From positions 1-13,303 of the forward strand of contig JANRLD010000112.1 of assembly GCA_033762915.1 (NCBI GenBank): a stretch of DNA of 13,303 nucleotides, in the 5' to 3' direction. The notes beneath the pieces are model-generated. The model searched no databases. It saw nothing but the letters and a program-made list of their open reading frames with translations, and had not been told where the DNA came from. Source of the DNA: Meiothermus sp. GTDB lineage: Bacteria; Deinococcota; Deinococci; Deinococcales; Thermaceae. This document shows positions 1-8,052 of the stretch, one piece after another. The position numbers and the translations under genes were made by a program. Within the stretch, counting starts at the first letter, position 1, and each line of letters starts with the position of its first letter.

Positions 1-733
<733 letters not shown>

Positions 734-746
734 TCAAAAACGCTTT

Positions 747-752
747 AGTGTA
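747..752 (-). promoter_or_regulatory. Possible second, attenuator-independent -10 element (TACACT) for metG
   Basis: TACACT on the minus strand, 11 nt upstream of the metG SD and downstream of the terminator. No convincing -35. Confidence 0.35.
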
Positions 753-809
753 CTGTTTTCGTGGCGTTAGGGTGTCTCGACCAAAAAGAAGATTCGCCCC
801 CGCAGGGTC

Positions 810-842
810 AAAAAAACAAGGGGCGCACCAAACATGCGCCCC
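810..842 (-). terminator. Intrinsic terminator (attenuator) in the metG leader
   Basis: Minus strand GGGGCGCA-TGTTTGG-TGCGCCCC-TTGTTTTTTT: perfect 8-bp stem, 7-nt loop and U-tract, ending about 85 nt upstream of the metG start. Confidence 0.9.
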
Positions 843-874
843 GTCGTCAGCCAAACCCTAAGCTAACGTCGGGG
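839..874 (-). promoter_or_regulatory. Antiterminator hairpin mutually exclusive with the metG leader terminator
   Basis: Minus strand CCCCG-A-CGTTAGCT ... GGCTGACG-A-CGGGG: 5 bp plus 8 bp (two G-U pairs) around one A-A mismatch. The 3' arm uses the GGGG (839-842) that starts the terminator stem. The 5' arm covers the last leader codons and the stop. Confidence 0.8.
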
Positions 875-904
875 GACCTCCATCATTCGGAAATGGCGAC
901 TCAT
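863..904 (-). CDS. Putative metG leader peptide MSRHFRMMEVPRR (13 aa, tandem Met control codons)
   Basis: ATG AGT CGC CAT TTC CGA ATG ATG GAG GTC CCC CGA CGT TAG. It starts 7 nt after a -10 box (leaderless geometry) and its stop lies inside the antiterminator 5' arm. Confidence 0.75.
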   Translation of the reverse strand: MSRHFRMMEVPRR

Positions 905-911
905 GGAGGTT

Positions 912-941
912 AGGGTAGCGCAATCAGGGCGTGCCGGTCAA
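912..941 (-). promoter_or_regulatory. Sigma70-type promoter for the leader peptide/metG transcript
   Basis: TTGACC (936-941), 18-nt spacer, TACCCT (912-917), then 7 nt to the ATG at 904. Confidence 0.7.
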
Positions 942-1113
942 GTTCGCGCTTTGCGCCGAAATACGCTTGGTTGTTTGGCCGACGCGTTCCCAAGCCGAGT
1001 GTCTCAAGAAACTCTCTCAAGAGAACACCCGTCTCGCGACTCAATAGAAAAAGTAGTTCAACCCACACTCCCGTACGAGATGGAGGCTGAATCGAACATC
1101 CGACCAGACCCTC

Positions 1114-1129
1114 GAGGTCCGCCGACCTC
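1114..1129 (-). terminator. Short hairpin just after the response regulator stop (possible weak terminator or stabiliser)
   Basis: GAGGTC-4 nt-GACCTC, 4 nt after the TAA. No U-tract. Confidence 0.3.
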
Positions 1130-1133
1130 CCCG

Positions 1134-1763
1134 TTATAGGCGCAAGATTCCGCGCTCGAGGGCCACCGTTACCGCTGCCGTGCGGTCGTCAACGCCGAGC
1201 TTGGCGAAGGCATGTAGCAGGTGGGTTTTAACGGTAGCCTCGGAAATCTTTAGGCTGCGGGCGACCTCCTTGTTGGAGTAGCCCTTGGCGACCAGGCCCA
1301 GCACCTCGAGCTCCCTCATCGAAAGATTTTCCTCACCGGGGTTGCGCATCCGGCCCAACAGCCGGGCCGCGATGGGGGGAGCCAGCACCGACTCGCCCCT
1401 GGCGCATAGCCGCACCGCCCGAAACAGTTCCTCCCGGGGCACGTCCTTCATGAGGTATCCGGTGGCACCCGCCTCGATTGCCCGGACGATCTCGGAGTCG
1501 GTGTCGTAGGTGGTGAGTACCAGCACCTGCACCTTAGGAAACTTCCCGCGAATCTGCCGAATTGCGCTCACCCCGTCCATTTGGGGCATCCGCAAGTCCA
1601 TCAAGACCACGTTGGGCAGAAGCTGCTCAACCATAGCCAGGGCCTCGGCTCCGTTGCCGGCCTCGCCGATCACCCTAAAGTCGGGCTCGGAGGAGAGCAG
1701 GCCCACCAGGCCCGCCCGCACCACGGGATGGTCGTCGACTACCAGAATAGTGAAGTTGTTCAT
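1134..1763 (-). CDS. NarL/LuxR-family DNA-binding response regulator
   Basis: REC domain (VVDDH, phospho-acceptor LMDLRMP, LTT, YLMKD) plus LuxR HTH (LSMRELEVLGLVAKGYSNKEVARSLKISEATVKTH). Start placed at ATG 1763 (MNNFTILVVDD) because the REC domain begins there; ATG 1802 is the alternative. Confidence 0.95.
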   Translation of the reverse strand: MNNFTILVVDDHPVVRAGLVGLLSSEPDFRVIGEAGNGAEALAMVEQLLPNVVLMDLRMPQMDGVSAIRQIRGKFPKVQVLVLTTYDTDSEIVRAIEAGATGYLMKDVPREELFRAVRLCARGESVLAPPIAARLLGRMRNPGEENLSMRELEVLGLVAKGYSNKEVARSLKISEATVKTHLLHAFAKLGVDDRTAAVTVALERGILRL

Positions 1764-1841
1764 AGAGATCGGCCTTTCGAAACCTCGAGGTTGTGGATAC
1801 ATAGGCGTGTTCGGCCTCCTAGGGACAAATGGGAAAGAGGT

Positions 1842-3155
1842 TCAGGTGCTTTTGTGTAGTTTAGTCGACCGGCTGCCGTTGTCGGGTCGGCTCTGCACGC
1901 TCAGGGGTAGTCCGACCGCCACTGTAGTACCTTGGCCGGGCTCGCTCTCGAGCGCGAAGCTGCCGCCCAGCGCTTCGATCCGCTCTCGCATGGAGCGCAA
2001 GCCAAAGCTACCAGAGCTGGGGGGCTGGAGCCCAAGTCCGTCATCCTGGATGTCCAGCAAGACCATGTCGTCGAGGTAGGACAGGGTCACGTTGACCTGC
2101 CTGGCCCGGGCATGTTTGCGCACGTTGGAGAGGGCCTCCTGGGTTATGCGCAGCAGCCCCACCTCGAGTTCGGGCGACAGCAAACTGGGGTCTCCGGTTA
2201 GGGTTAGGCTGGCCTTAACATGGTTCTCCTCCCCCCATCGTTTGAGGAAGCGCTCGAGGGCGCTGCCCAGCGAGCTGTTTTCGAGGATTTCCGGGCGCAG
2301 TGCCCAGACCATTCGCCGCGCCTCCGAGAGGCCGTCCCGGGCCACTGCCCTGGCCTGCTCGAGGTAACGCATGTGCGGCTGTTCGGCGCTCTGGGCGGCC
2401 TCTGCCGCCTCGAGCTGAACCACCACCGAGGCGAAGTCTTGGGCCAGGGTGTCGTGAATTTCGCGGGCAAGTCGCTGGCGCTCCTCCAGCACCCCGGCCT
2501 GGCGGGAGGCCTGCTCGAGTTCGCGCCGGGTGGTCTCGAGTTCCTCTCTGGCCCGCGTCTTGCGCACCAGCATCTCGAGGGTAAACAGGGCATACCCCGC
2601 GAACACGAAGGCGATGAACACGAAGAAACTCAATGCAAGATTGGGATACTCGACCGGTGTGGGCACCGTGCTAAAGGCGGCGGTTCCCAGCGGCCCCGGC
2701 GACGTCACGATTTCAAAGGTGATTTGCCAGGGCTCGCGGCTGGCCCACCAGCCAGAAAAGCCCACCAGACCCAGCACCAGCAGAAGCACCGCCCATAGCG
2801 GCAACCAATACCTCGCCACTACCGGGATCAGCCCGAGGGCAAGAAAGGGCAGATAGAAGAAGGTCACCGCGACCAGCACTCCCGCCCCGAAAGCCACAAT
2901 CAGCACTAATTCCCAGGCCCGCCGCTGTCCAGGCCGGATCGCCAGTAGCACCGCCGCAAAAATCCCCAGCGCGATGCCGATGCGCCAGAAGGCCTCGTTG
3001 GGGTTTTGCAGCGGCATCTGAGGCGCGCTTTCGAAGGGTCGGGCGGGCACCAACAGCGTGAAGATCAACACGGTCAGTAGGTTGAGCGCGGTGAACAGCG
3101 CCACTACCCGGGCCATAGGGCGGCCAGCAAAGTACGTAGGGTACGGAATCCTCAC
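1842..3155 (-). CDS. Membrane sensor histidine kinase (HisKA_3 + HATPase_c; NarX/DesK-type)
   Basis: About 5-6 hydrophobic N-terminal segments, H-box ERQRLAREIHDTLAQ, N-box QEALSNVRKHA, DDGLG, FGLRSMRER and GQGT. The start is uncertain: GTG 3155 lies 7 nt after TAGAAT (3163-3168); alternatives are ATG 3158 and ATG 3116. Confidence 0.95.
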   Translation of the reverse strand: MRIPYPTYFAGRPMARVVALFTALNLLTVLIFTLLVPARPFESAPQMPLQNPNEAFWRIGIALGIFAAVLLAIRPGQRRAWELVLIVAFGAGVLVAVTFFYLPFLALGLIPVVARYWLPLWAVLLLVLGLVGFSGWWASREPWQITFEIVTSPGPLGTAAFSTVPTPVEYPNLALSFFVFIAFVFAGYALFTLEMLVRKTRAREELETTRRELEQASRQAGVLEERQRLAREIHDTLAQDFASVVVQLEAAEAAQSAEQPHMRYLEQARAVARDGLSEARRMVWALRPEILENSSLGSALERFLKRWGEENHVKASLTLTGDPSLLSPELEVGLLRITQEALSNVRKHARARQVNVTLSYLDDMVLLDIQDDGLGLQPPSSGSFGLRSMRERIEALGGSFALESEPGQGTTVAVGLPLSVQSRPDNGSRSTKLHKST

Positions 3156-3275
3156 CATTAAGATTCTAAGGCCTGTGGGTGAGAAGGGCGGAGGACCGGG
3201 TGAGCATGGGGTTGGGAGCGTTCTGAGTGTGGGGTGATCCGCTCGAGCCGAGCGCTTGCCGGATAGACTCGAGCT

Positions 3276-3761
3276 GTGAACCGCCTTAAGCCCGGCCCCG
3301 GTCAGGAATCGGTATGGGACTACCCCCGGCCCCCCAAGCTCGAGCCCACCCCTAAGCGCATACAGGTCAAACTGGGCGATCTGACCATCGCCGATAGTTC
3401 ACGGGCCTACCGAGTCCTCGAAACCAGTCACCCCCCGGTCTACTACCTCCCCCAGACCGACATCCGCATGGAGTTGATGGAGCCTACTGCCCGACATTCG
3501 GTTTGTGAATGGAAGGGCGGGGCCTCCTACTGGTCGCTGCGGGCCGCGGGAAAAATCCTGGTGAACGTGGCCTGGGGCTACCTCGAGCCAACCCCGGCCT
3601 TCCGCCCCATCGCCGGGCATCTGGCGTTCTACCTCGACCCCCTCGAGGGTTTTGTGGACTCAGAACAGGCCGGGCCGCAACCGGGCCGCTTCTACGGCGG
3701 ATGGATTACCCGGGACATCGTGGGGCCATTCAAAGGCGGGCCGGGGAGCATGGGGTGGTAG
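3276..3761 (+). CDS. DUF427 domain-containing protein
   Basis: Characteristic motifs ESVWDYPRPP, VLETSHPPVYY, CEWKGxAxY, AWxY and QPGxFYGGWIT. GTG start 6 nt after TAGACT (3264-3269). Confidence 0.9.
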   Translation: MNRLKPGPGQESVWDYPRPPKLEPTPKRIQVKLGDLTIADSSRAYRVLETSHPPVYYLPQTDIRMELMEPTARHSVCEWKGGASYWSLRAAGKILVNVAWGYLEPTPAFRPIAGHLAFYLDPLEGFVDSEQAGPQPGRFYGGWITRDIVGPFKGGPGSMGW

Positions 3762-3806
3762 CTGGCAGTAAGCGACGGTCTGGAAGCTAATGTCGGGGTA
3801 AGTCTT

Positions 3807-3835
3807 CCGGTCAAGTTTCGCTTCAACTTGGCCGG
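3807..3835. other. Inverted repeat / stem-loop downstream of the DUF427 gene
   Basis: CCGGTCAAGTT-TCGCTTC-AACTTGGCCGG (11-bp stem with one G-U on the + strand), followed by CAGCC-GTTT-GGCTG at 3838-3851. No U-tract. Confidence 0.5.
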
Positions 3836-3870
3836 TCCAGCCGTTTGGCTGCGAAAGTAGTCACCAGCCC

Positions 3871-3914
3871 TAGACGCTCACCCAAGCGGTGTTATAAACT
3901 TTGACTCGGTATAA
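3871..3914 (+). promoter_or_regulatory. fadN promoter with an overlapping FadR-type (TetR family) operator
   Basis: TAGACG (3871-3876), then TATAAA/TAAACT (3893-3900), then TTTGACTCGGTATAA (3900-3914). The last matches the Thermus thermophilus FadR consensus as I recall it (TTRNACYNRGTNYAA) with one mismatch. Confidence 0.65.
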
Positions 3915-3920
3915 AAAACT

Positions 3921-3977
3921 GACGGCTGATGGCCGAGGGCAGTTAGCCACCCGCTACCCGCCACCCGCCACCCGCCC
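3921..3977 (+). repeat. Heptanucleotide tandem repeats in the fadN 5' UTR
   Basis: GACGGCT-GATGGCC-GAGGGCA (3921-3941), then GCCACCC-GCTACCC-GCCACCC-GCCACCC (3946-3973). Confidence 0.75.
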
Positions 3978-4000
3978 GGGTTCTAACGTCTGGAGGCGAC

Positions 4001-6292
4001 ATGCGAATCAAGAAAATCGGTGTGGTGGGGTCGGGCACGATGGGCGGGGCGATTGCGGCGCTAAGCGCTTCAGCTGGGATTCCGGTGGTCATGCTGGACA
4101 TCCCGGGCAAGGAAGACAAGCTCGAGTATGTCAAGAAGGGCCTAGAGCGCCAGCTTAAGAGCAAGCCCGCCAGTTTCATGGATAAGGGCCGGGCTTCGCT
4201 GATCGAAATCGGCACTACCGATGACCTCTCCAAGCTCAAGGACTGCGACTGGATCGTAGAAGTCATCATCGAGAAAGTCGAGCCGAAGCAAGAGCTGTTC
4301 GCACGGCTCGAGGCCGCCGCCCCCAACGCGGTTGTTTCGTCGAACACCTCGGGCATCCCCATGAAAACCTTGCTCGAGGGCCGCTCCGCCGGCTTCAAGC
4401 GCCGCTTCTTGGGCACCCACTTTTTCGCCCCGGTGCGCTATCTGCACCTGCTCGAGATCATCCCCACTCCCGATACCGACCCGGTCATCGTGGAGGCCAT
4501 GCGCAAATTTGGCGAGCGAATACTGGGCAAGGGCACCGTGATCTGCAAGGATGCCCCGGGTTTCATTGCCAACCGCTTGGGCGTGTTCGGGATGGTGCAG
4601 GCCCAACGGCTGATGATGGAGGAGGGCCTGACCATCGACGAGGTGGACGCGCTGACTGGTCCATTGGTGGGCCGCCCCAAGAGCGCCACTTTCCGCACCG
4701 GCGACATCTCCGGCCTGGATGTGCTCAAGCTGGTCTCCACCGAACTCGCCCACACTACTGGCGAAGATTTCAAGATGCCCGACTGGGTGGAGGGCCTAAT
4801 CGCCCAGAACAAGCTGGGCGACAAGACCGGTGGGGGCTTCTACCAGAAGGTGGGCAAGGACATCCTCACCTACGACTACTTGAGCGGAGAGTACAAGCCC
4901 CAGCAGAAGCTCCGCACCGACGAGATCGGGGCCATTAAGGATTTGCCCTTGAACGAGCGGCTGCGCCAGGTAGGCCAGCTGAGCGGCAAGTACGGCGCAT
5001 TCGCCCGCAAGCACTTCTTGATTAATGCCCACTACGCCCTCGAGAAAGCCCAAGAGATCGCCTACGACATCGTGGCGGTGGACAAGGCCCTCGAGTGGGG
5101 TTTTGCCTGGGAGCAGGGCCCTTTCAAGAATATGGACGCGGTGGGGCTAGACGCGCTCAAAGCTGGGTTTAAAGATATGGGACTTAGCATCCCTGCGCTC
5201 TTGGAGAAGGCCGACGGCAGCTTTTACAAGGGCGACTCCTATCTTGGCTACGACGGTCAGTATCACCCCATCCACCACGACCCCGACCACCTCACGGCGG
5301 CGGGTGCACGGACAGGCGGGAAGGTGCTGCTTGAGTCCAAGGAATACGCCCTGCTGAACCTGGGCGACGGCGTGGCCCTGTTCGAGAACCGCGCCAAGAT
5401 GGGGACGCTGGGCGAAGGCCCGGTTTCGGGTTTGCACAAAGCGTTGGACTGGGTGGAGGCCAACGGCTTCCACGGCATGGTGATTTCCCACGACGACCCC
5501 CGCACCTATTCGGCGGGCGCGAACCTGGCGCTGGTGTTGATGGCGGTGCAAGAGGGTGCTTGGGACGATATGCAACTGGCCACCCACCGTTTCCAGCAGA
5601 CCTCAATGCGCCTGCGCCGTTCGCCCTTTCCCGTGGTTTCCGCGCCGTTCGGCCTGACCTTGGGCGGTGGTTGCGAGTTTAGCCTGCACAGCAGCGCGAT
5701 TCAGGCCAGTGCCGAGCTCTACATGGGCTTGGTGGAAGCGGGCGTGGGGCTGTTGCCCGGTGGCGGCGGAACCAAGGAAATGCTTTTTAGGTTCACCAAC
5801 GAAATTGCCGCCTACGGCCCCGAGGCCGACGTGTTCGAAGGGGTCAAACGGGCCTTCCAGATGATTATGCTGGCCCAGACCAGCACTAGTGCCCTCGAGG
5901 CCCGCAACATGGGCTTCCTGCGCCCTTCCGATGGCATCTCGATGAACCGTGACCGCCTGATTGGCGATGCCAAGCGCCGGGTGTTGTTCATGGCCCCTGA
6001 CTTTGTACCCCAAACCCCGATGAAGATTCGCGCCCTTGGGGCCGAGGGCATTGGGAACCTGCGCTATGCGCTGTGGCAGTTCCAAGAGGCTAAGCAAGCC
6101 AGCGAGCACGATGCGGTGGTGGGCAACGCGGTCGCCTATGTGCTGTGCGGCGGGGACGGGCCTGCCAGGGAGGTCACCGAGCAGGACATCCTGGACTTGG
6201 AGCGCGAGGGCTTCCTCAAGCTGTTAGGAACAAAGAAAACCCAAGAGCGCATTGCCCACACATTGAAAACTGGGAAGCCGTTGAGGAACTAG
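4001..6292 (+). CDS. fadN: 3-hydroxyacyl-CoA dehydrogenase / enoyl-CoA hydratase family fusion (FadN-type)
   Basis: Rossmann GSGTMG, SSNTSG, GTHFFAP...LLE, KDAPGFIANR, and a C-terminal crotonase domain (SAGANL, LGGGCE, GLVEAGVGLLPGGGG) ending TGKPLRN. SD GGAGG at 3992-3996. Confidence 0.95.
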   Translation: MRIKKIGVVGSGTMGGAIAALSASAGIPVVMLDIPGKEDKLEYVKKGLERQLKSKPASFMDKGRASLIEIGTTDDLSKLKDCDWIVEVIIEKVEPKQELFARLEAAAPNAVVSSNTSGIPMKTLLEGRSAGFKRRFLGTHFFAPVRYLHLLEIIPTPDTDPVIVEAMRKFGERILGKGTVICKDAPGFIANRLGVFGMVQAQRLMMEEGLTIDEVDALTGPLVGRPKSATFRTGDISGLDVLKLVSTELAHTTGEDFKMPDWVEGLIAQNKLGDKTGGGFYQKVGKDILTYDYLSGEYKPQQKLRTDEIGAIKDLPLNERLRQVGQLSGKYGAFARKHFLINAHYALEKAQEIAYDIVAVDKALEWGFAWEQGPFKNMDAVGLDALKAGFKDMGLSIPALLEKADGSFYKGDSYLGYDGQYHPIHHDPDHLTAAGARTGGKVLLESKEYALLNLGDGVALFENRAKMGTLGEGPVSGLHKALDWVEANGFHGMVISHDDPRTYSAGANLALVLMAVQEGAWDDMQLATHRFQQTSMRLRRSPFPVVSAPFGLTLGGGCEFSLHSSAIQASAELYMGLVEAGVGLLPGGGGTKEMLFRFTNEIAAYGPEADVFEGVKRAFQMIMLAQTSTSALEARNMGFLRPSDGISMNRDRLIGDAKRRVLFMAPDFVPQTPMKIRALGAEGIGNLRYALWQFQEAKQASEHDAVVGNAVAYVLCGGDGPAREVTEQDILDLEREGFLKLLGTKKTQERIAHTLKTGKPLRN

Positions 6293-6295
6293 ATT

Positions 6296-7114
6296 ATGCC
6301 AGAAGACCCCAAAGAAAAATCGGGACTAATTCTGGAGATTTACAGGGATGTTGGACAACCAAGCGCTCGCCAGATAGGTCAAAGTCTGGGAGGCGTGTTG
6401 GGAATGATTATGTTGCCATTGAAATTGATTGGTTACAAGGCTGACCAATGGGAAAGTCAATTTATTGAATCCCTTGAGAGAAAAACGGAAAGTATTCCGC
6501 TCGAGAAATTGATTCCCCCAAATCCAACAGTGACTGGCCCAATTCTTCAAGCACTTTCCTATACGGTTCACGAAGATGACCTAAGGGAAATGTTCACAAG
6601 TTTACTTGCAACTGCTATGAACTCTGATACTGCTTCAGATGCTCATCCAGCACTGGTTGATGTAATCAAACAAATGAACTCTGATGAAGCAAAGATAATG
6701 AATTTTCTTGCTTCATCTGGCATGGCCACTCAGCCAATTTGTGATTTACTGCTTGTTGGACAAGATGTGTTTAGCGAGGGAGTAACTAACAACACTTCAG
6801 CTTTGCCTGTTGGATACTCCTTGATTGAGAGAAATAAATCATTTATTGCTGAAGATGCCAGTTGTGAACACCCAAATTTGGGTGCATCCTACATTGATAA
6901 CTTATGTAGATTGGGCCTATTGGAGATTAGAAATGCACGCTTTGGGAACGATGATAGGTATGACAGATTGCGGTCGTGGTCCAAGTCAATTGTGTTAGCT
7001 GACGACCCTCTATTTTTAGAAGGCAAGCGGGGTATCGAACTTAGTCGCAAGACAATCCAATTGACTGATTTTGGGCAGCTGTTTGTAAGGACTTGTATAA
7101 GTTTAAATGTTTAG
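6296..7114 (+). CDS. Abi-alpha / DUF4393 family protein (low GC, probably horizontally acquired)
   Basis: The motif string PPNPTVTGPILQALSY...LREMFTSLLATAMNSD...HPALVDVIKQMNSDEAKIM...IDNLCRLGLL...LTDFGQLFV matches my recollection of this family. GC about 40% in sampled lines versus over 60% in the flanking genes. Confidence 0.8.
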   Translation: MPEDPKEKSGLILEIYRDVGQPSARQIGQSLGGVLGMIMLPLKLIGYKADQWESQFIESLERKTESIPLEKLIPPNPTVTGPILQALSYTVHEDDLREMFTSLLATAMNSDTASDAHPALVDVIKQMNSDEAKIMNFLASSGMATQPICDLLLVGQDVFSEGVTNNTSALPVGYSLIERNKSFIAEDASCEHPNLGASYIDNLCRLGLLEIRNARFGNDDRYDRLRSWSKSIVLADDPLFLEGKRGIELSRKTIQLTDFGQLFVRTCISLNV

Positions 7115-7172
7115 TTGAGGCATCAGACACCTATATCGTAACGTTAGCTTCATCGAAGTGAGGGGGCCGATC

Positions 7173-7523
7173 ATGGACGAACTCCTCGAGCTAGTCCGCG
7201 ACAGTAATTACTACCCTTTTGAATCCGTCAGCAGCGTGATGGGTTATACGGGATCGCGGGCCGAACGGCTTTTGGAGCACATCCGCGATACCAAGCACAT
7301 GTACTGGTCCATTATCGCCAAGAAACTCAAACTCCCCGCTCCACCCGAAAGCCTCGTGGCGCTGATGGCCTACGAACTCGAGCAGGCTGCAGCCTTAAGC
7401 CCGGAAGCCAGAGCAACCTTCGTGCGTTATGGCAAAAATATGACCGTAAGCACCCTGATTCGGCTGTGCTGCCGACATTCCGTTTGGCATGCTGGGCAAA
7501 TTGCGCTTACTCGACAGGATTGA
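7173..7523 (+). CDS. DinB/YfiT-superfamily four-helix metalloprotein
   Basis: Early LEHI and C-terminal RHSVWHAGQI give the His triad pattern. ATG 7173 follows AGGGGG; the alternative is a leaderless GTG at 7158, 7 nt after TAGCTT. Confidence 0.75.
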   Translation: MDELLELVRDSNYYPFESVSSVMGYTGSRAERLLEHIRDTKHMYWSIIAKKLKLPAPPESLVALMAYELEQAAALSPEARATFVRYGKNMTVSTLIRLCCRHSVWHAGQIALTRQD

Positions 7524-7535
7524 AGGACCCGTGGC

Positions 7536-8045
7536 ATGAACCACTTCAGCGTCATTCAAATCATCAAAACCAGTTGGACCAAGGAGCACCGGGGTGGCGA
7601 TTCGGCTTCGAAACGAAACACCGTTCCCGAGGCGTTGCAGATTCCGTTTCTGGGGCACCCAGGAGAAGGAAAGCTGCTCGAGCATCGTGCGGCCTTCAAC
7701 GAGTGGGAAGGTTTTGTGAAACACGAGAAAACCGAGGTTTCACATCCGAAGAAACCGCTAACCCTGGAGGCCATCCGCGTCCAGTTGACTGAAAACGGGG
7801 CGGAGATAACCTACCGCTACGACGGCTACCGGGTTGGGGCACCAAGCCGCACCGACTATCCCCGAAGCTTCGTGGTAAAAGCGGGTGAATGGCTTCACAT
7901 CAGGTACAACGGTAGATTCGCCTGGGAAGGAGCGTGGTCGTATCGGAAAGTCGTGATAAATGTGGCGCTGCTTGAAGAGGCCAATCCAAACATTTTCGTT
8001 GGCATGCCCACCAAAAGCTTCTCGGATATGGCCAATATTCAGTGA
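7536..8045 (+). CDS. Hypothetical protein (169 aa, Trp/Tyr-rich, probably beta-rich)
   Basis: Fills the gap between neighbours exactly (12 and 7 nt gaps), AAGGA upstream, natural amino acid composition. No family recognised. Confidence 0.75.
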   Translation: MNHFSVIQIIKTSWTKEHRGGDSASKRNTVPEALQIPFLGHPGEGKLLEHRAAFNEWEGFVKHEKTEVSHPKKPLTLEAIRVQLTENGAEITYRYDGYRVGAPSRTDYPRSFVVKAGEWLHIRYNGRFAWEGAWSYRKVVINVALLEEANPNIFVGMPTKSFSDMANIQ

Positions 8046-8052
8046 GGCTCAA

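Noticed and set aside
1002..1026. Small repeat TCTCAAGA x2
   Set aside because: Too short to distinguish from chance or a local duplication.
903..1139. 78-aa + strand ORF
   Set aside because: No SD or -10 support, no recognisable motif, and it overlaps the metG leader promoter.
4418..4432. HFFAP instead of HFFNP in FadN as a sign of inactivity
   Set aside because: The catalytic His and downstream Glu are intact, and this position varies among active homologs.
7110..7157. Integron attC site after the Abi-like gene (TAAC/GTTAGCT)
   Set aside because: No paired R/L box hairpin, no similar sites between the other genes, and no integrase.
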